A stretch of DNA of 41,309 nucleotides, taken from positions 1 to 41,309 of the forward strand of contig CAYPUH010000005.1 of NCBI GenBank assembly GCA_964413725.1, written 5' to 3'. Of the stretch, positions 28,182 to 37,777 are shown in pieces (the first letter of the stretch is position 1; each line of letters starts with the position of its first letter). A program made the translations under genes and the position numbers. The stretch comes from an uncultured Cytophagia bacterium (lineage in GTDB: Bacteria > Zhuqueibacterota > Zhuqueibacteria > Residuimicrobiales > Oceaniaggregativiventaceae). The notes beneath the pieces were generated by a model. It searched no databases, was not told the DNA's origin, and worked only from the letters and a program-made list of their open reading frames with translations.

Positions 28182-28261
28182 ACATGGCAAGTTGGACGAA
28201 AGAATAACAGGTGTGGTGGATTCTACTCGACACGACGAGCGGTGTTCGCCATTTGTGTTCT

Positions 28262-29302
28262 ATGGCGTTAGATGATTTGACATTGCGTGAACGTCAGGTT
28301 TTTATGGCGATTGTCCACAGCTTTGTACAGAGTGCAGAGCCTGTGGGATCACGTTTTCTATCAAGGCGTTACAACCTTGATTACAGTCCGTCTACGGTTC
28401 GCAACATCATGACCGACCTGGAGGAGATGGGGTTGATTGCTCAACCACATTCTTCTGCGGGCCGAATTCCGACCAATGTCGGGTACCGGGAGTATGTAGA
28501 CAATCTGATGAATGTCTCACGTTTGAGTCGCAATGAAAAGCATTCCATTGTCACTCAGCTGGCGAAATTTACCCGGGATATGGATCGAATTGCAGACACG
28601 GCGTCGGACGTCCTGAGCCGAATCACCAATCAACTCGGTGTGGCACTTGCACCTCGATTCAATCAGGGTGTAATCCACAAGATCGAATTGGTTTCCATCT
28701 CTGCCCACAAGCTGCTTTTGGTCTTGAGCATTCAATCCGGGCTGGTGAAAACCATAATGCTGGAGATAGAGGATTCGGTTTCCCAGGATATTCTGGTCAC
28801 CACCAATCAGATCCTGAACGAGCGCTTGCATGGGCGGACGATTCAGGATGTAAAGGAATCGATAGGAGAGTTGCTTCGTGATATCGATTCCCGGAGCAAC
28901 CTGATTGTCCAGGCTTTTATGAAAAATTTTACAGGATTGCTGGAGACCGACGACATTCGAGATGTTCATCTGTCCGGTGCCCGAAACGTTCTTTCTCAGC
29001 CCGAGTTTGATACCCGAGAGACCGTTGGCAAGATGATCGAGTTGATCGACCGCAAAGATTTGTTGGTTCGCGTGTTGAGTGAAAAGCAGGATGAAGGGCT
29101 TTCGATTGTTATTGGTGAGGAAAACCAAGAGGTGCTGATGAAAAATTGCAGTCTCATCACCACCACATATAAATTCGAGGATGTTGTCGGAACCATCGGT
29201 GTGATCGGTCCGATGCGAATGCAGTATGATAAGGTGATTGCACTGGTGGAATTTATGTCAGAAACGTTGACGTTTTTAATGAACCAAAAAAACAGGGAAT
29301 GA
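28262..29302 (+). CDS. hrcA: heat-inducible transcription repressor HrcA
   Basis: MALDDLTLRERQVFMAIVHSFVQSAEPVGSRFL...STVRNIMTDLEEMGLIAQPHSSAGRIPT. The upstream GTG at 28211 was not preferred. Confidence 0.9.
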   Translation: MALDDLTLRERQVFMAIVHSFVQSAEPVGSRFLSRRYNLDYSPSTVRNIMTDLEEMGLIAQPHSSAGRIPTNVGYREYVDNLMNVSRLSRNEKHSIVTQLAKFTRDMDRIADTASDVLSRITNQLGVALAPRFNQGVIHKIELVSISAHKLLLVLSIQSGLVKTIMLEIEDSVSQDILVTTNQILNERLHGRTIQDVKESIGELLRDIDSRSNLIVQAFMKNFTGLLETDDIRDVHLSGARNVLSQPEFDTRETVGKMIELIDRKDLLVRVLSEKQDEGLSIVIGEENQEVLMKNCSLITTTYKFEDVVGTIGVIGPMRMQYDKVIALVEFMSETLTFLMNQKNRE

Positions 29303-29312
29303 TATACAAGAT

Positions 29313-29849
29313 ATGTCAGAAGACAAACAACAATTCGATTCAAAAGCTTCGAATATTGCTGAAGACGAGGAGAAAAAAGACCAGAACACGACAGATCTGG
29401 AGAACCACATAGAGTCCTTGGAATCTGAAAATGAAAGATTAAAAGAAAAACTTTTGCGGTTGGCTGCAGAATTTGATAATTTCAAAAAGCGAACCGACCG
29501 CGAGTTTAAGCAGCTGCAGGAAAATGCGAATGCCGGACTCATCAACCAATTTTTGCCGGTGTTGGATAACCTGGAACGTTTTTTGGGAGCTGCTGAATCC
29601 GATGAGGCGAATGATTCTTTGGTGAATGGGATGCAACTGGTCTATAAGGGTTTTTTAAAGGTTCTGACCGATCAAGGTTTGGAGCCTATTCCTGCGGTTG
29701 GGGAAGACTTTGACCCGGAGAAACATGAAGCGATTATGCAGAGAAAGGTTGAGGGTTTGGATTCTCATATCGTTGTTGAGGAACATTTGAAAGGATATGA
29801 GATCAACGGACGGGTCATCCGTCATTCCAAAGTTATAGTAAGTCAATAG
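29313..29849 (+). CDS. grpE: nucleotide exchange factor GrpE
   Basis: 178 aa with an acidic N-terminus, RLAAEFDNFKKRTDRE and C-terminal GRVIRHSKVIV. Confidence 0.92.
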   Translation: MSEDKQQFDSKASNIAEDEEKKDQNTTDLENHIESLESENERLKEKLLRLAAEFDNFKKRTDREFKQLQENANAGLINQFLPVLDNLERFLGAAESDEANDSLVNGMQLVYKGFLKVLTDQGLEPIPAVGEDFDPEKHEAIMQRKVEGLDSHIVVEEHLKGYEINGRVIRHSKVIVSQ

Positions 29850-29886
29850 GATTTATTAACGGAACGGATTGAGAACATCATAATAT

Positions 29887-31029
29887 ATGTCTGATAGAGA
29901 TTATTACGAACTATTGGGTGTTGCCCGAGATGCTGATTCTGGCGAGATCAAACGCGCTTATCGAAAGCTTGCCATGAAATATCATCCCGATAAAAATCCT
30001 GGCAATACAGAAGCGGAAGAGATATTTAAAGAAATCGGAGAGGCCTATTCGGTGCTTTCCGATCCATCAAAGCGTCAGCAATACGACCAGTTTGGCAAAG
30101 CGGGCATGAGGGGCGCTGCCGGTGGCGGCTTTGGTGGTTTTGGTGGTGGAGCCGGCTTTGATCCTTTTGATATCTTTCGGGAAGTTTTTGGCGGTGGATT
30201 TGGCGATATATTTGGTATGGGAGGCGCTGGCGGAGGTCGGGGTGGTTCCAGGGTCCAGCGTGGCTCTGATCTTCAAATTCGTTTAAAGTTGTCCCTCGAA
30301 GAGATCGCTTCCGGCGTGACACGTAAGGTTAAAATCAAAAAGATGGTTCCGTGTGACGAGTGTTCCGGCAGCGGTGCCAAGGCAGGTACGTCAAAAACCA
30401 CATGTTCGACGTGTCATGGCCAGGGTCAGGTTGCCTATCGCCAGGGATTTTTTGCGATCAACAAAACCTGTCCACGGTGTCACGGGGAAGGCACGATTAT
30501 AGAGTCTCCCTGCTCGGTCTGTAATGGTGATGGCCGAATACGGGGAGAGTCCACCCTGGATGTGGATATCCCGGCCGGCGTCTCAGAGGGGCAATATTTG
30601 ACCATTCGTGGCGAAGGAAATGTGGGCCCACGGGAAGGACCGTCAGGCGATGTGATCTGTCTGATCGAGGAGAAAGCGCATCCTTACTTTGAACGTCATG
30701 GCGATGATATTTTGTATGAACTGCCGTTGAGTTTTCCCCTGGTTGCCCTGGGCGATGACGTCGAGGTGCCGACACTCGCTGGCAAAGCGAGAATTACCAT
30801 CCCCGCCGGGACCCAGAGTGGAAAACTGTTGCGGATGAAGGGCAAAGGAATACCGCACCTCCAATCCGGAGGACAGGGTGACGAGTTGATTCGTGTTCGT
30901 GTCTATACTCCCACCAAGCTGTCGGAAACGGAAAAGTCTTTGCTGCGAGAATTAAAGGATTCAGAGAATATACAACCAGCCAAAGGTGATAAGGGATTTT
31001 TTGAAAAGGTAAAAGAGGCATTTATGTAG
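29887..31029 (+). CDS. dnaJ: molecular chaperone DnaJ
   Basis: J domain DYYELLGV...YHPDKN, a G/F-rich linker and four CxxCxGxG zinc motifs. Confidence 0.95.
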   Translation: MSDRDYYELLGVARDADSGEIKRAYRKLAMKYHPDKNPGNTEAEEIFKEIGEAYSVLSDPSKRQQYDQFGKAGMRGAAGGGFGGFGGGAGFDPFDIFREVFGGGFGDIFGMGGAGGGRGGSRVQRGSDLQIRLKLSLEEIASGVTRKVKIKKMVPCDECSGSGAKAGTSKTTCSTCHGQGQVAYRQGFFAINKTCPRCHGEGTIIESPCSVCNGDGRIRGESTLDVDIPAGVSEGQYLTIRGEGNVGPREGPSGDVICLIEEKAHPYFERHGDDILYELPLSFPLVALGDDVEVPTLAGKARITIPAGTQSGKLLRMKGKGIPHLQSGGQGDELIRVRVYTPTKLSETEKSLLRELKDSENIQPAKGDKGFFEKVKEAFM

Positions 31030-31039
31030 TGAGGCCACC

Positions 31040-31471
31040 GTGTCTTTCACTCGACAGGAATTGCGCTTTTTTCTTTTTCTATTGATTGTGCTGGCCCTGG
31101 GAGCCGGACGTAAATGTTATCAATACATAACAGAGACGCATCCCTCGGACAGATGGATGTCTCTCTATGCCACGATATATCAGACATTCCAGGAACGGTC
31201 CTCTGGTCCTGCTACAAAAAAGTTGTTACCCATTACCAAGAGAGAACTTGTATCCGGAGTCAATATAAATACGGCTTCAGTAGAACGGCTACAAACATTA
31301 CCAAAAATCGGACCCGTCCTTGCGGAGCGAATTGTAGACTATCGTTCACAAAATGGCCCCTTTCGTTCTAAAAATGACCTCACACAGGTCAATGGCATCG
31401 GACCCAAAACCCTGGAACGGTTGCGGGAACGAATCATTGTGGAAAAACCGGTTGCGTACGAAAAAGACTGA
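31040..31471 (+). CDS. comEA: ComEA-like helix-hairpin-helix DNA-binding protein
   Basis: N-terminal TM helix. VNINTASVERLQTLPKIGPVLAERIVDYRSQNGPFRSKNDLTQVNGIGPKTLERL. GTG start 10 nt after dnaJ. Confidence 0.8.
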   Translation: MSFTRQELRFFLFLLIVLALGAGRKCYQYITETHPSDRWMSLYATIYQTFQERSSGPATKKLLPITKRELVSGVNINTASVERLQTLPKIGPVLAERIVDYRSQNGPFRSKNDLTQVNGIGPKTLERLRERIIVEKPVAYEKD

Positions 31472-31489
31472 CTAAATTCAGGAGGAAAA

Positions 31490-32176
31490 ATGGCTAAAGG
31501 CTCGAATGTAAAGCCAAAAGGGTCGATCATCTACAAGTTGTTGATCGTGATTTTGGGTGCTGCATTGATTTTCAGCATTGTGTATCCCCAGCAGCAGTGG
31601 GATAAAGAAGAGGCCAACACCAAAAAATGCCGCCAAAACATGAACCACATTTTGTATGCAGAACTCGTATATCTGGTCGAAAACAACACCTATACCGATA
31701 CCCTTGACAACGTTGTGGAGATGTTCGATCAAGACACCACCGGTCGACTTCTCAGACAATTTGCCAACCTTGATTCGATTCTGGCGGATAAAATCTTTGC
31801 GGAATTGAAATCGGATACTTTGGCAAAATCGATCATCGACTCACTGAAACGCTTCGGTTTCCAGCGTGATTTGGATACAACCAATGCCTTGATACTGGAT
31901 TCATTGCGGGTTCATGAAGGATTCGCTCAATTTATTGATTCCATGGCAATGCACGAGCTTTATCAGATGTATGAATGTCCGACGGTGAACGCACCCTACA
32001 TGATTTCGGTTGTTGACACATCGGTGATAAAAGAGCTGTATATTAAATGTCCGATTGATTCTTTGGATAGTCTTGCGGTCGAAAATGATTTCATGCTGGA
32101 CAACCTAGCGGGTCTGAAAATTTCCAACCATGGCGCCATAGAGAATGGTGAGACTAGCTGGGAGGAAGAAAAGTAG
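31490..32176 (+). CDS. hypothetical membrane-anchored protein with a pilin-like N-terminal architecture
   Basis: AGGAGG RBS. KGSIIYKLLIVILGAALIFSIVYP is followed by KKCRQNMNHILYAELVYLVENNTY, which resembles post-helix pilin/pseudopilin segments. It lacks the GFTLxE cleavage motif (Lys at +5). Confidence 0.55.
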   Translation: MAKGSNVKPKGSIIYKLLIVILGAALIFSIVYPQQQWDKEEANTKKCRQNMNHILYAELVYLVENNTYTDTLDNVVEMFDQDTTGRLLRQFANLDSILADKIFAELKSDTLAKSIIDSLKRFGFQRDLDTTNALILDSLRVHEGFAQFIDSMAMHELYQMYECPTVNAPYMISVVDTSVIKELYIKCPIDSLDSLAVENDFMLDNLAGLKISNHGAIENGETSWEEEK

Positions 32177-32210
32177 CATAGTCAATTTGTCCAATTAGGC
32201 GGGGTATAGA

Positions 32211-33173
32211 ATGACGACATCAGGAGGCGAACATTTTTTCGGTCTCAATATTGTTGGTCGACGGCTTAAAGGGGTTGAGGCCGAACAACATTTGGATCAA
32301 ATTGGCATAAAGGCGGTAGCCGAAACAACATTAACGGTTCCCCTTGATCTCAACGTGGTCAAGCATGAAGAGGTTGTCGCACAGTATGCAGATGCGATCA
32401 ATAAATTGTTGCAAGAAAAATCCATTCATGCAACCGCAGCGCGCTTTGCTCTGGATCGTCGTCTCGTCCTGATGAAAACGGTACAATTGGACAGAGGCCT
32501 GTCGGATCGTCAAATCCAAGACCAGATCGAATGGGAAACAGAGCAGTTGTTGATTGCTCCCCGCATGGAATTCAATGTGGGCGTGGAATCTCTGGGTTCT
32601 CACTATGGACAACAAGATGTTTATTTAATTACAGCGGTGCGGAAGCAGGTTGTTTCCTTTCTGCGAGATGTCTTTGTGCGAACGCCGTTAACTCTCTCCG
32701 TCATTGACGTGGATGTGTTGGCGGCTGTTCGTGGATTACAGGGAAATAGTAAACGACGGCCAGAGACGCTTGCAGCTTTGGTCGATTTTAATGACTTTGG
32801 TATCGATTTTACCCTTGTCCGGGAAGGACGGTTTCTCTGCTCCAGCGAGATCTCTTCCGTTAGAGAGGGCGAAGGAGAGAACAATTCCAAACAGGTTGCC
32901 AAAGTGATCAGTGATGAACTTTCCCATCTCCTTGAAAGTGTAAAAGACGATCTTCTTCCCGCTTCCTATGATAGCATTTATCTGTCTGGCGACAAAGCAG
33001 AGGTGGAAATCATTCCCCATCTTCAAGGCATGCAAAAGACAGCCGATATTCGATTTGCAGATCCCTTCAGCAGTTTCAATCTGTTTTTCGAGGCAGAATC
33101 CGATCCATTGATAAAAAACAAGCCCGAGAAATTTATCGTAACTGCAGGTATGGTAATTACTTTGGAAGATTAG
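32211..33173 (+). CDS. PilM-like actin-fold protein, degenerate nucleotide-binding motifs
   Basis: The block pattern resembles PilM: LVLMKTVQLDRGLSDRQIQDQIEWETEQLL, VYLITAVRKQVVSFLRDVF...LSVIDVDVLAAVRGL and LAALVDFNDFGIDFTLV. LNIVGRRLK replaces DIGSSSIK. Confidence 0.5.
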   Translation: MTTSGGEHFFGLNIVGRRLKGVEAEQHLDQIGIKAVAETTLTVPLDLNVVKHEEVVAQYADAINKLLQEKSIHATAARFALDRRLVLMKTVQLDRGLSDRQIQDQIEWETEQLLIAPRMEFNVGVESLGSHYGQQDVYLITAVRKQVVSFLRDVFVRTPLTLSVIDVDVLAAVRGLQGNSKRRPETLAALVDFNDFGIDFTLVREGRFLCSSEISSVREGEGENNSKQVAKVISDELSHLLESVKDDLLPASYDSIYLSGDKAEVEIIPHLQGMQKTADIRFADPFSSFNLFFEAESDPLIKNKPEKFIVTAGMVITLED

Positions 33174-33196
33174 TTGCATTCAATAAAGGGGTCTAG

Positions 33197-34195
33197 ATGA
33201 ATTTATTAGAGGATTATCGGGAACAAGGTGTCTCTCAAGGCGAGTTTGAGCCACCGCGACCGCAACAGCCCATCCAAACAGACGATCTTGAACCTCCAAC
33301 CGTAGCACCCCCTTCAATGTCCGGTTATGATCCGTATAGCAAGCGGAAAAAATCTTCTCTTATGCCATTTGTGCTGATTGTTGTCTTGGTTGCTGTTGTG
33401 GGGGGATTGGCGTATTGGGGGTTGTTTCGGGATGATACCGATTTGGACCAGTTGTTGGAACCCGGGTCGGAAGCCACCATAACTGAAACCGAATCATCTC
33501 AACCCGAGGATGAAACCCGTGTCGAGCAGGAACCTGTAGAATCGACACAGACTCCTGAAGAGATGGCTCAACAACCGTCAAGACCTGAACCGACAGCCGC
33601 AAGTCGACCTAAAAGTCCGATCCCGAGTCGACCCGGCGGCGATCAGGGTCTGGCTCAGCTTCACACATGGATGGGATCGGTTCTTGATGCCTTGCCACAG
33701 CAGGTGACTCTGTCTACGCTTATCATGGACGAATCCTCCTTTTCCGTTGAAGTGACAGCGGAAAGACGGGCCCAGCTGGAACTTTATTTTACCAACCTTA
33801 AAGAGAGTATGGGCGAGTCCCTCTCCATGGCCCCCTCACCGGGAACCGGCGTGGAGGCCAGAGCCCTGATCACCAACGTTTTTGAGATCGACTCTTCGCC
33901 GCCCATGAGTGCAGGCCAAAACGCATCGTCTCTGCTTCAGACATTGCGTGAACAGGCCACCTCTTTTAATCTGGCCGTGCAGGAAAGCACGATCGGCCAG
34001 GAAATACAGGTGTCGGGGCGCAAAAAGATGCCTTTGTTTTTCAAAGTGTTGGGGCCTACATCTCAATGCCGTGAGTTCCTCGGAAGTGTGGCACAGCAAA
34101 ACTATCCCATTGCCATCTCGAAATTAATTTTGATGCCCAAAACATTACAGCAAGCTGAATTTGTCCTGCGTTTTGAATTGGTAACGGCCCTGTGA
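33197..34195 (+). CDS. bitopic membrane protein, possible PilN/PilO-like fusion
   Basis: One TM helix (LMPFVLIVVLVAVVGGLAYWGLF), a P/E/S/T/Q-rich linker and a roughly 190-aa C-terminal alpha/beta region. Position is directly after the PilM-like gene. The assignment is inferential. Confidence 0.4.
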   Translation: MNLLEDYREQGVSQGEFEPPRPQQPIQTDDLEPPTVAPPSMSGYDPYSKRKKSSLMPFVLIVVLVAVVGGLAYWGLFRDDTDLDQLLEPGSEATITETESSQPEDETRVEQEPVESTQTPEEMAQQPSRPEPTAASRPKSPIPSRPGGDQGLAQLHTWMGSVLDALPQQVTLSTLIMDESSFSVEVTAERRAQLELYFTNLKESMGESLSMAPSPGTGVEARALITNVFEIDSSPPMSAGQNASSLLQTLREQATSFNLAVQESTIGQEIQVSGRKKMPLFFKVLGPTSQCREFLGSVAQQNYPIAISKLILMPKTLQQAEFVLRFELVTAL

Positions 34196-34220
34196 CGGGT
34201 GAATTGGGTTTCCTTGTGTG

Positions 34221-34271
34221 CCCCCCAGGCAGCCCGTTGCAACCGGAGCATTGTCTGAGGGGTTTTTGTTT
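34221..34271 (+). terminator. weak candidate terminator between the pilus-like trio and rsmD
   Basis: CCCCCCAG (34221-34228) pairs with CTGAGGGG (34255-34262) with one mismatch. The loop is 26 nt. It is followed by TTTTTGTTTG. Confidence 0.3.
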
Positions 34272-34273
34272 GT

Positions 34274-34828
34274 ATGAGAATCATTTCCGGACGGTATAAA
34301 GGGCTTCAGCTCCACACACCTCGTGGAGACGCTATTCGCCCCACCTCTGATCGGGTTCGCGAAACGGTTTTTTCCGTATTGGGACCCTCCTGGAACGCAA
34401 AAACCGTTCTCGATTTGTTTGCCGGGACTGGAGCCTTTGGATTGGAAGCCTTGAGTCGGGGAGCCGAATCCGTCACCTTTGTCGACATGTCGAACAAAGC
34501 GTTGACACTGATACGACGGAATCTAGGCAAAATTGGAGCAACCGCCCCGATTTATAAACACCGTGCCGAGTCTTTTTTGCGTCACTCGGGCAAGCGGGGG
34601 GACCAATATGATCTCATTTTTTGTGATCCTCCCTATGAAAGTCGACTGTCAGAACGGATTTTGGCGTTGATCCGTGAAAACCGATGCCTTGCAGACGATG
34701 GAATGGTGATTTATGAAAGCCGCAATCAATCGTCTGAATTGCCCATCGATACGGGATTTACTCTCGTTCGAGAAAAAGTGGTGGGCGACACCCGCATTAC
34801 CTTCTTAACCTCAAACACTCTAGTGTGA
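34274..34828 (+). CDS. rsmD: 16S rRNA (guanine966-N2)-methyltransferase RsmD
   Basis: MRIISGRYKG..L..P.....RPTSDRVRETVFSVL, DLFAGTGAFGLEALSRGA and FCDPPY. Confidence 0.88.
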   Translation: MRIISGRYKGLQLHTPRGDAIRPTSDRVRETVFSVLGPSWNAKTVLDLFAGTGAFGLEALSRGAESVTFVDMSNKALTLIRRNLGKIGATAPIYKHRAESFLRHSGKRGDQYDLIFCDPPYESRLSERILALIRENRCLADDGMVIYESRNQSSELPIDTGFTLVREKVVGDTRITFLTSNTLV

Positions 34829-34829
34829 A

Positions 34830-35312
34830 ATGACAACAGCCATTTATCCCGGATCTTTTGATCCTATCACCTATGGTCACCTGGACATTATCGAACGAGC
34901 CCGTCAGCTGTTTGATAACGTTGTCGTAGCGGTTGCGTTGAACAGCCAGAAAAAACCGTTATTCAGTAAAACCGAGCGTGTCGAGTTGATATTCGAGTCA
35001 GTAAAGGAGATGGACCGCGTGGATGTTGACAGTTTTAACGGTCTTTTGGTGGATTATGCCAGAGCCCAAAAAGCGGGAGCTATCATCCGTGGACTGCGGG
35101 CTGTATCCGACTTTGAATATGAGTTTCAAATGGCCCTGGTCAACCGAAAACTGGCAGATGATTTGATCACCGTCTTTTTAATGACTCACGACAAATATTC
35201 TTATTTAAACTCCAGTATCGTTAAAGAATTGGTCATGCTCGGCGGGGATGCCAGCTGCTTTGTCCCCGCGCATGTGAACCAGGAGTTAAAGAAAAAACTG
35301 AGGACCACATGA
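34830..35312 (+). CDS. coaD: phosphopantetheine adenylyltransferase
   Basis: [21 protein letters not shown] and the conserved rsmD-coaD pairing. Confidence 0.95.
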   Translation: MTTAIYPGSFDPITYGHLDIIERARQLFDNVVVAVALNSQKKPLFSKTERVELIFESVKEMDRVDVDSFNGLLVDYARAQKAGAIIRGLRAVSDFEYEFQMALVNRKLADDLITVFLMTHDKYSYLNSSIVKELVMLGGDASCFVPAHVNQELKKKLRTT

Positions 35313-36286
35313 ATCTCATTGAAAATATTCGTTCAGAAGCAAAGTCTGATCTAAAAACCATCGTATTCCCCGAGGCGAGTGATGAAAGAATGATTCTTGC
35401 TGCTCATGTGTGTCAGCAGGAAGGTTTTGTCGAACCCATTCTCGTGGGAGACACGCAGACCGCCCGGGAGATGGCGCAAAAGAACAATATCGATTTTTCT
35501 TCTCTCAAACTTGTCGATCCTCTGCAGGATGATTCTCTTCAGGAATATGCATCTCGCTATTTTGAACTGAGAAAGCACAAGGGCGTGACCCGGGAACAGG
35601 CCTTGGAGACGATGAAAAATCCTTTGTATTACGGTGCCATGATGGTACAAGCGGGTCGTGCTGATGCCAGTGTGGCCGGTGCTTTAAACACCACCGGTGA
35701 CGTTATGCGTGCAGCCATCCAGATCATCGGTGTGGCAGAGGGATTTTCTGTGGTCTCCAGCACCTTTCTGATGATTTTGCCGGATGATAGAGCTTTAACC
35801 TTTGCGGATTGCGCTGTCGTTCCCAATCCAACGGCCGAACAACTCGCGGATATTGCCATCGCTTCTGCTGCGACACATAAAAGTCTGACCGGAGAAGACC
35901 CGGTGGTTGCCATGTTATCTTTTTCGACCAAGGGAAGTGCCAAACATGAGCTGGTTGATAAAGTCACGAAAGCCACCCGATTGGCTCGGAGCAAGGCCCC
36001 CGATTTGCCTCTCGATGGAGAATTGCAGTTGGATGCCGCGCTGGTCGAGGCCGTGGGATGCAAAAAGGCTCCGGACAGCGAGGTGGCCGGTCGGGCCAAT
36101 GTCTTGATCTTTCCGGATCTTCAGGCGGGAAATATCGGCTACAAGTTAACCGAGCGTCTGGCCGGTGCCCGGGCTGTTGGACCCGTGATTCAGGGACTGC
36201 GAAAACCGGCCAACGATCTGTCCCGAGGATGTAAGGTGGAGGATATTGTGACCGTTGCCTGTATCTGCAGCCTGAAAGCCCGATGA
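35309..36286 (+). CDS. pta: phosphate acetyltransferase (short form)
   Basis: 325 aa with [23 protein letters not shown], and the C-terminal GNIGYKL...[21 protein letters not shown] overlap with coaD. Confidence 0.9.
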   Translation: MNLIENIRSEAKSDLKTIVFPEASDERMILAAHVCQQEGFVEPILVGDTQTAREMAQKNNIDFSSLKLVDPLQDDSLQEYASRYFELRKHKGVTREQALETMKNPLYYGAMMVQAGRADASVAGALNTTGDVMRAAIQIIGVAEGFSVVSSTFLMILPDDRALTFADCAVVPNPTAEQLADIAIASAATHKSLTGEDPVVAMLSFSTKGSAKHELVDKVTKATRLARSKAPDLPLDGELQLDAALVEAVGCKKAPDSEVAGRANVLIFPDLQAGNIGYKLTERLAGARAVGPVIQGLRKPANDLSRGCKVEDIVTVACICSLKAR

Positions 36287-37509
36287 CAATACCCACAGGA
36301 AAAGATATGCTCTCAAAACGATTTTCAAAAATTCAGGAGTCAAAAACCGTGGCTCTCAGTGGAACTCTGGCCCGGATGAGACGCGAGGGTAAGGACGTCA
36401 TTTCTCTCGGTGCCGGAGAACCCGATTTTGACACGCCGGATCCCATCAAAGAGGCCGCCATTCAAGCGATACGGGATGGCTTTACAAAGTATACGCCTGC
36501 TGATGGTACGTTTGACCTGAAACAAGCGGTCTGCTCCTGGCTGGCGGACGAGTATAAGGCCAATTATGAGCCGGAACACATTGTGATCACCTGTGGCGCC
36601 AAGCATGCTGTTTTTCAGGCCATTTGTGCTGTATGCAATCCGGGAGATCAAGTACTTTTGCCCGCGCCTTACTGGGTGAGCTATCCGGAACAAATTGCAC
36701 TTTCGGGTGCAGAAGCGCGGATTTTGGACACCGGACTTGAGTCAGGACTCAAAATTTCCCCAGATCAGATTAAAAACAACATGACATCCAACAGCCGCTT
36801 GCTCATTCTCAACTCTCCCAGCAATCCTTCCGGTGCCGTTTATGAAAAACCGGAACTGGAAGCGATCGCTGCATTGGCGGTTGAAAACGATTTTTATATT
36901 CTGGCGGATGAAATATATGACAAGATTGTCTATGATCATGCCGAGTTCACCAGCTTGGCACAATTTTCCGCCCTTCAGGATCGTCTCCTTCTCGTCAATG
37001 GTGTTTCAAAGAGTTTTGCCATGACCGGTTGGAGGATCGGTTTTTTGGCCGCGCCGCAACCGATCGCGACTGCCATCAAGCGATTTCAGGGACATACCAC
37101 ATCGAATCCGGCATCCATTTCTCAAATGGCCGCCCTTCAAGCCTACCGGGGGGAAAAATCGTTTCAATCAGAGATGCTCCGTGCGTTTGCGGAACGACGG
37201 AATGTCGTGTATGAGAGGCTCAATCAGATGGAGGGAGTGATTTGTCCCAAACCGCAAGGGGCTTTTTATGCTTTCCCAGATGTTTCACATTATTATACCA
37301 GGGTCACCCCTGACAAGGATCCCATCCGGTCAGGAATGGACCTCTGTAACTATTTGTTAATGCACCATGGGGTTGCGATTGTACCGGGTTCAGCATTTGG
37401 CATGGAAAACCATGTGCGCCTATCATTCGCCACTTCGATGGAAAACCTAAACAGAGCACTAGATCGTATTGAACAGGGACTGAGATCCCTGTACCAGAAT
37501 GGAGAGTAA
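36283..37509 (+). CDS. pyridoxal-phosphate-dependent aspartate aminotransferase (class I)
   Basis: [21 protein letters not shown] and [12 protein letters not shown] (PLP lysine). The start is either ATG 36283 (ATGA overlap with pta) or ATG 36307 ([12 protein letters not shown], which fits family N-termini better). Confidence 0.88.
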   Translation: MTIPTGKDMLSKRFSKIQESKTVALSGTLARMRREGKDVISLGAGEPDFDTPDPIKEAAIQAIRDGFTKYTPADGTFDLKQAVCSWLADEYKANYEPEHIVITCGAKHAVFQAICAVCNPGDQVLLPAPYWVSYPEQIALSGAEARILDTGLESGLKISPDQIKNNMTSNSRLLILNSPSNPSGAVYEKPELEAIAALAVENDFYILADEIYDKIVYDHAEFTSLAQFSALQDRLLLVNGVSKSFAMTGWRIGFLAAPQPIATAIKRFQGHTTSNPASISQMAALQAYRGEKSFQSEMLRAFAERRNVVYERLNQMEGVICPKPQGAFYAFPDVSHYYTRVTPDKDPIRSGMDLCNYLLMHHGVAIVPGSAFGMENHVRLSFATSMENLNRALDRIEQGLRSLYQNGE

Positions 37510-37510
37510 C

Positions 37511-37777
37511 ATGCCGACGTACGATTACCATTGCCAAGCGTGCGGACATCGTTTTGAATTGTTTCAAAGCATCGTTTCTGATCCCGTCACCGATTGTCCT
37601 GTCTGTGGAAAGCCCGAGGTTGTCCGGGTGGTGACCGGAGGGTCTGGATTGATTTTCAAAGGATCCGGATTTTATATAACCGACTATAAGAAACAAAAGT
37701 CATCTACCAATTCCTCCAAAAATGATTCTGCGGACAAATCAAAACCCGATTCTAAAAAATCAGATACGTCAAAATGA
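37511..37777 (+). CDS. FmdB-family zinc-ribbon protein
   Basis: MPTYDYHCQACGHRFELFQSIVSDPVTDCPVCG (CxxC-N-CxxC) with a Ser/Lys-rich tail. GGAGAG RBS. Confidence 0.8.
   Translation: MPTYDYHCQACGHRFELFQSIVSDPVTDCPVCGKPEVVRVVTGGSGLIFKGSGFYITDYKKQKSSTNSSKNDSADKSKPDSKKSDTSK

Noticed and set aside
28056-28261. CIRCE element (TTAGCACTC-N9-GAGTGCTAA) expected upstream of hrcA
   Set aside because: It was not found by eye here or elsewhere in the window. The only GAGTGC-containing site (around 12045) is inside mfd and has no partner arm. A computational scan allowing mismatches would be decisive.
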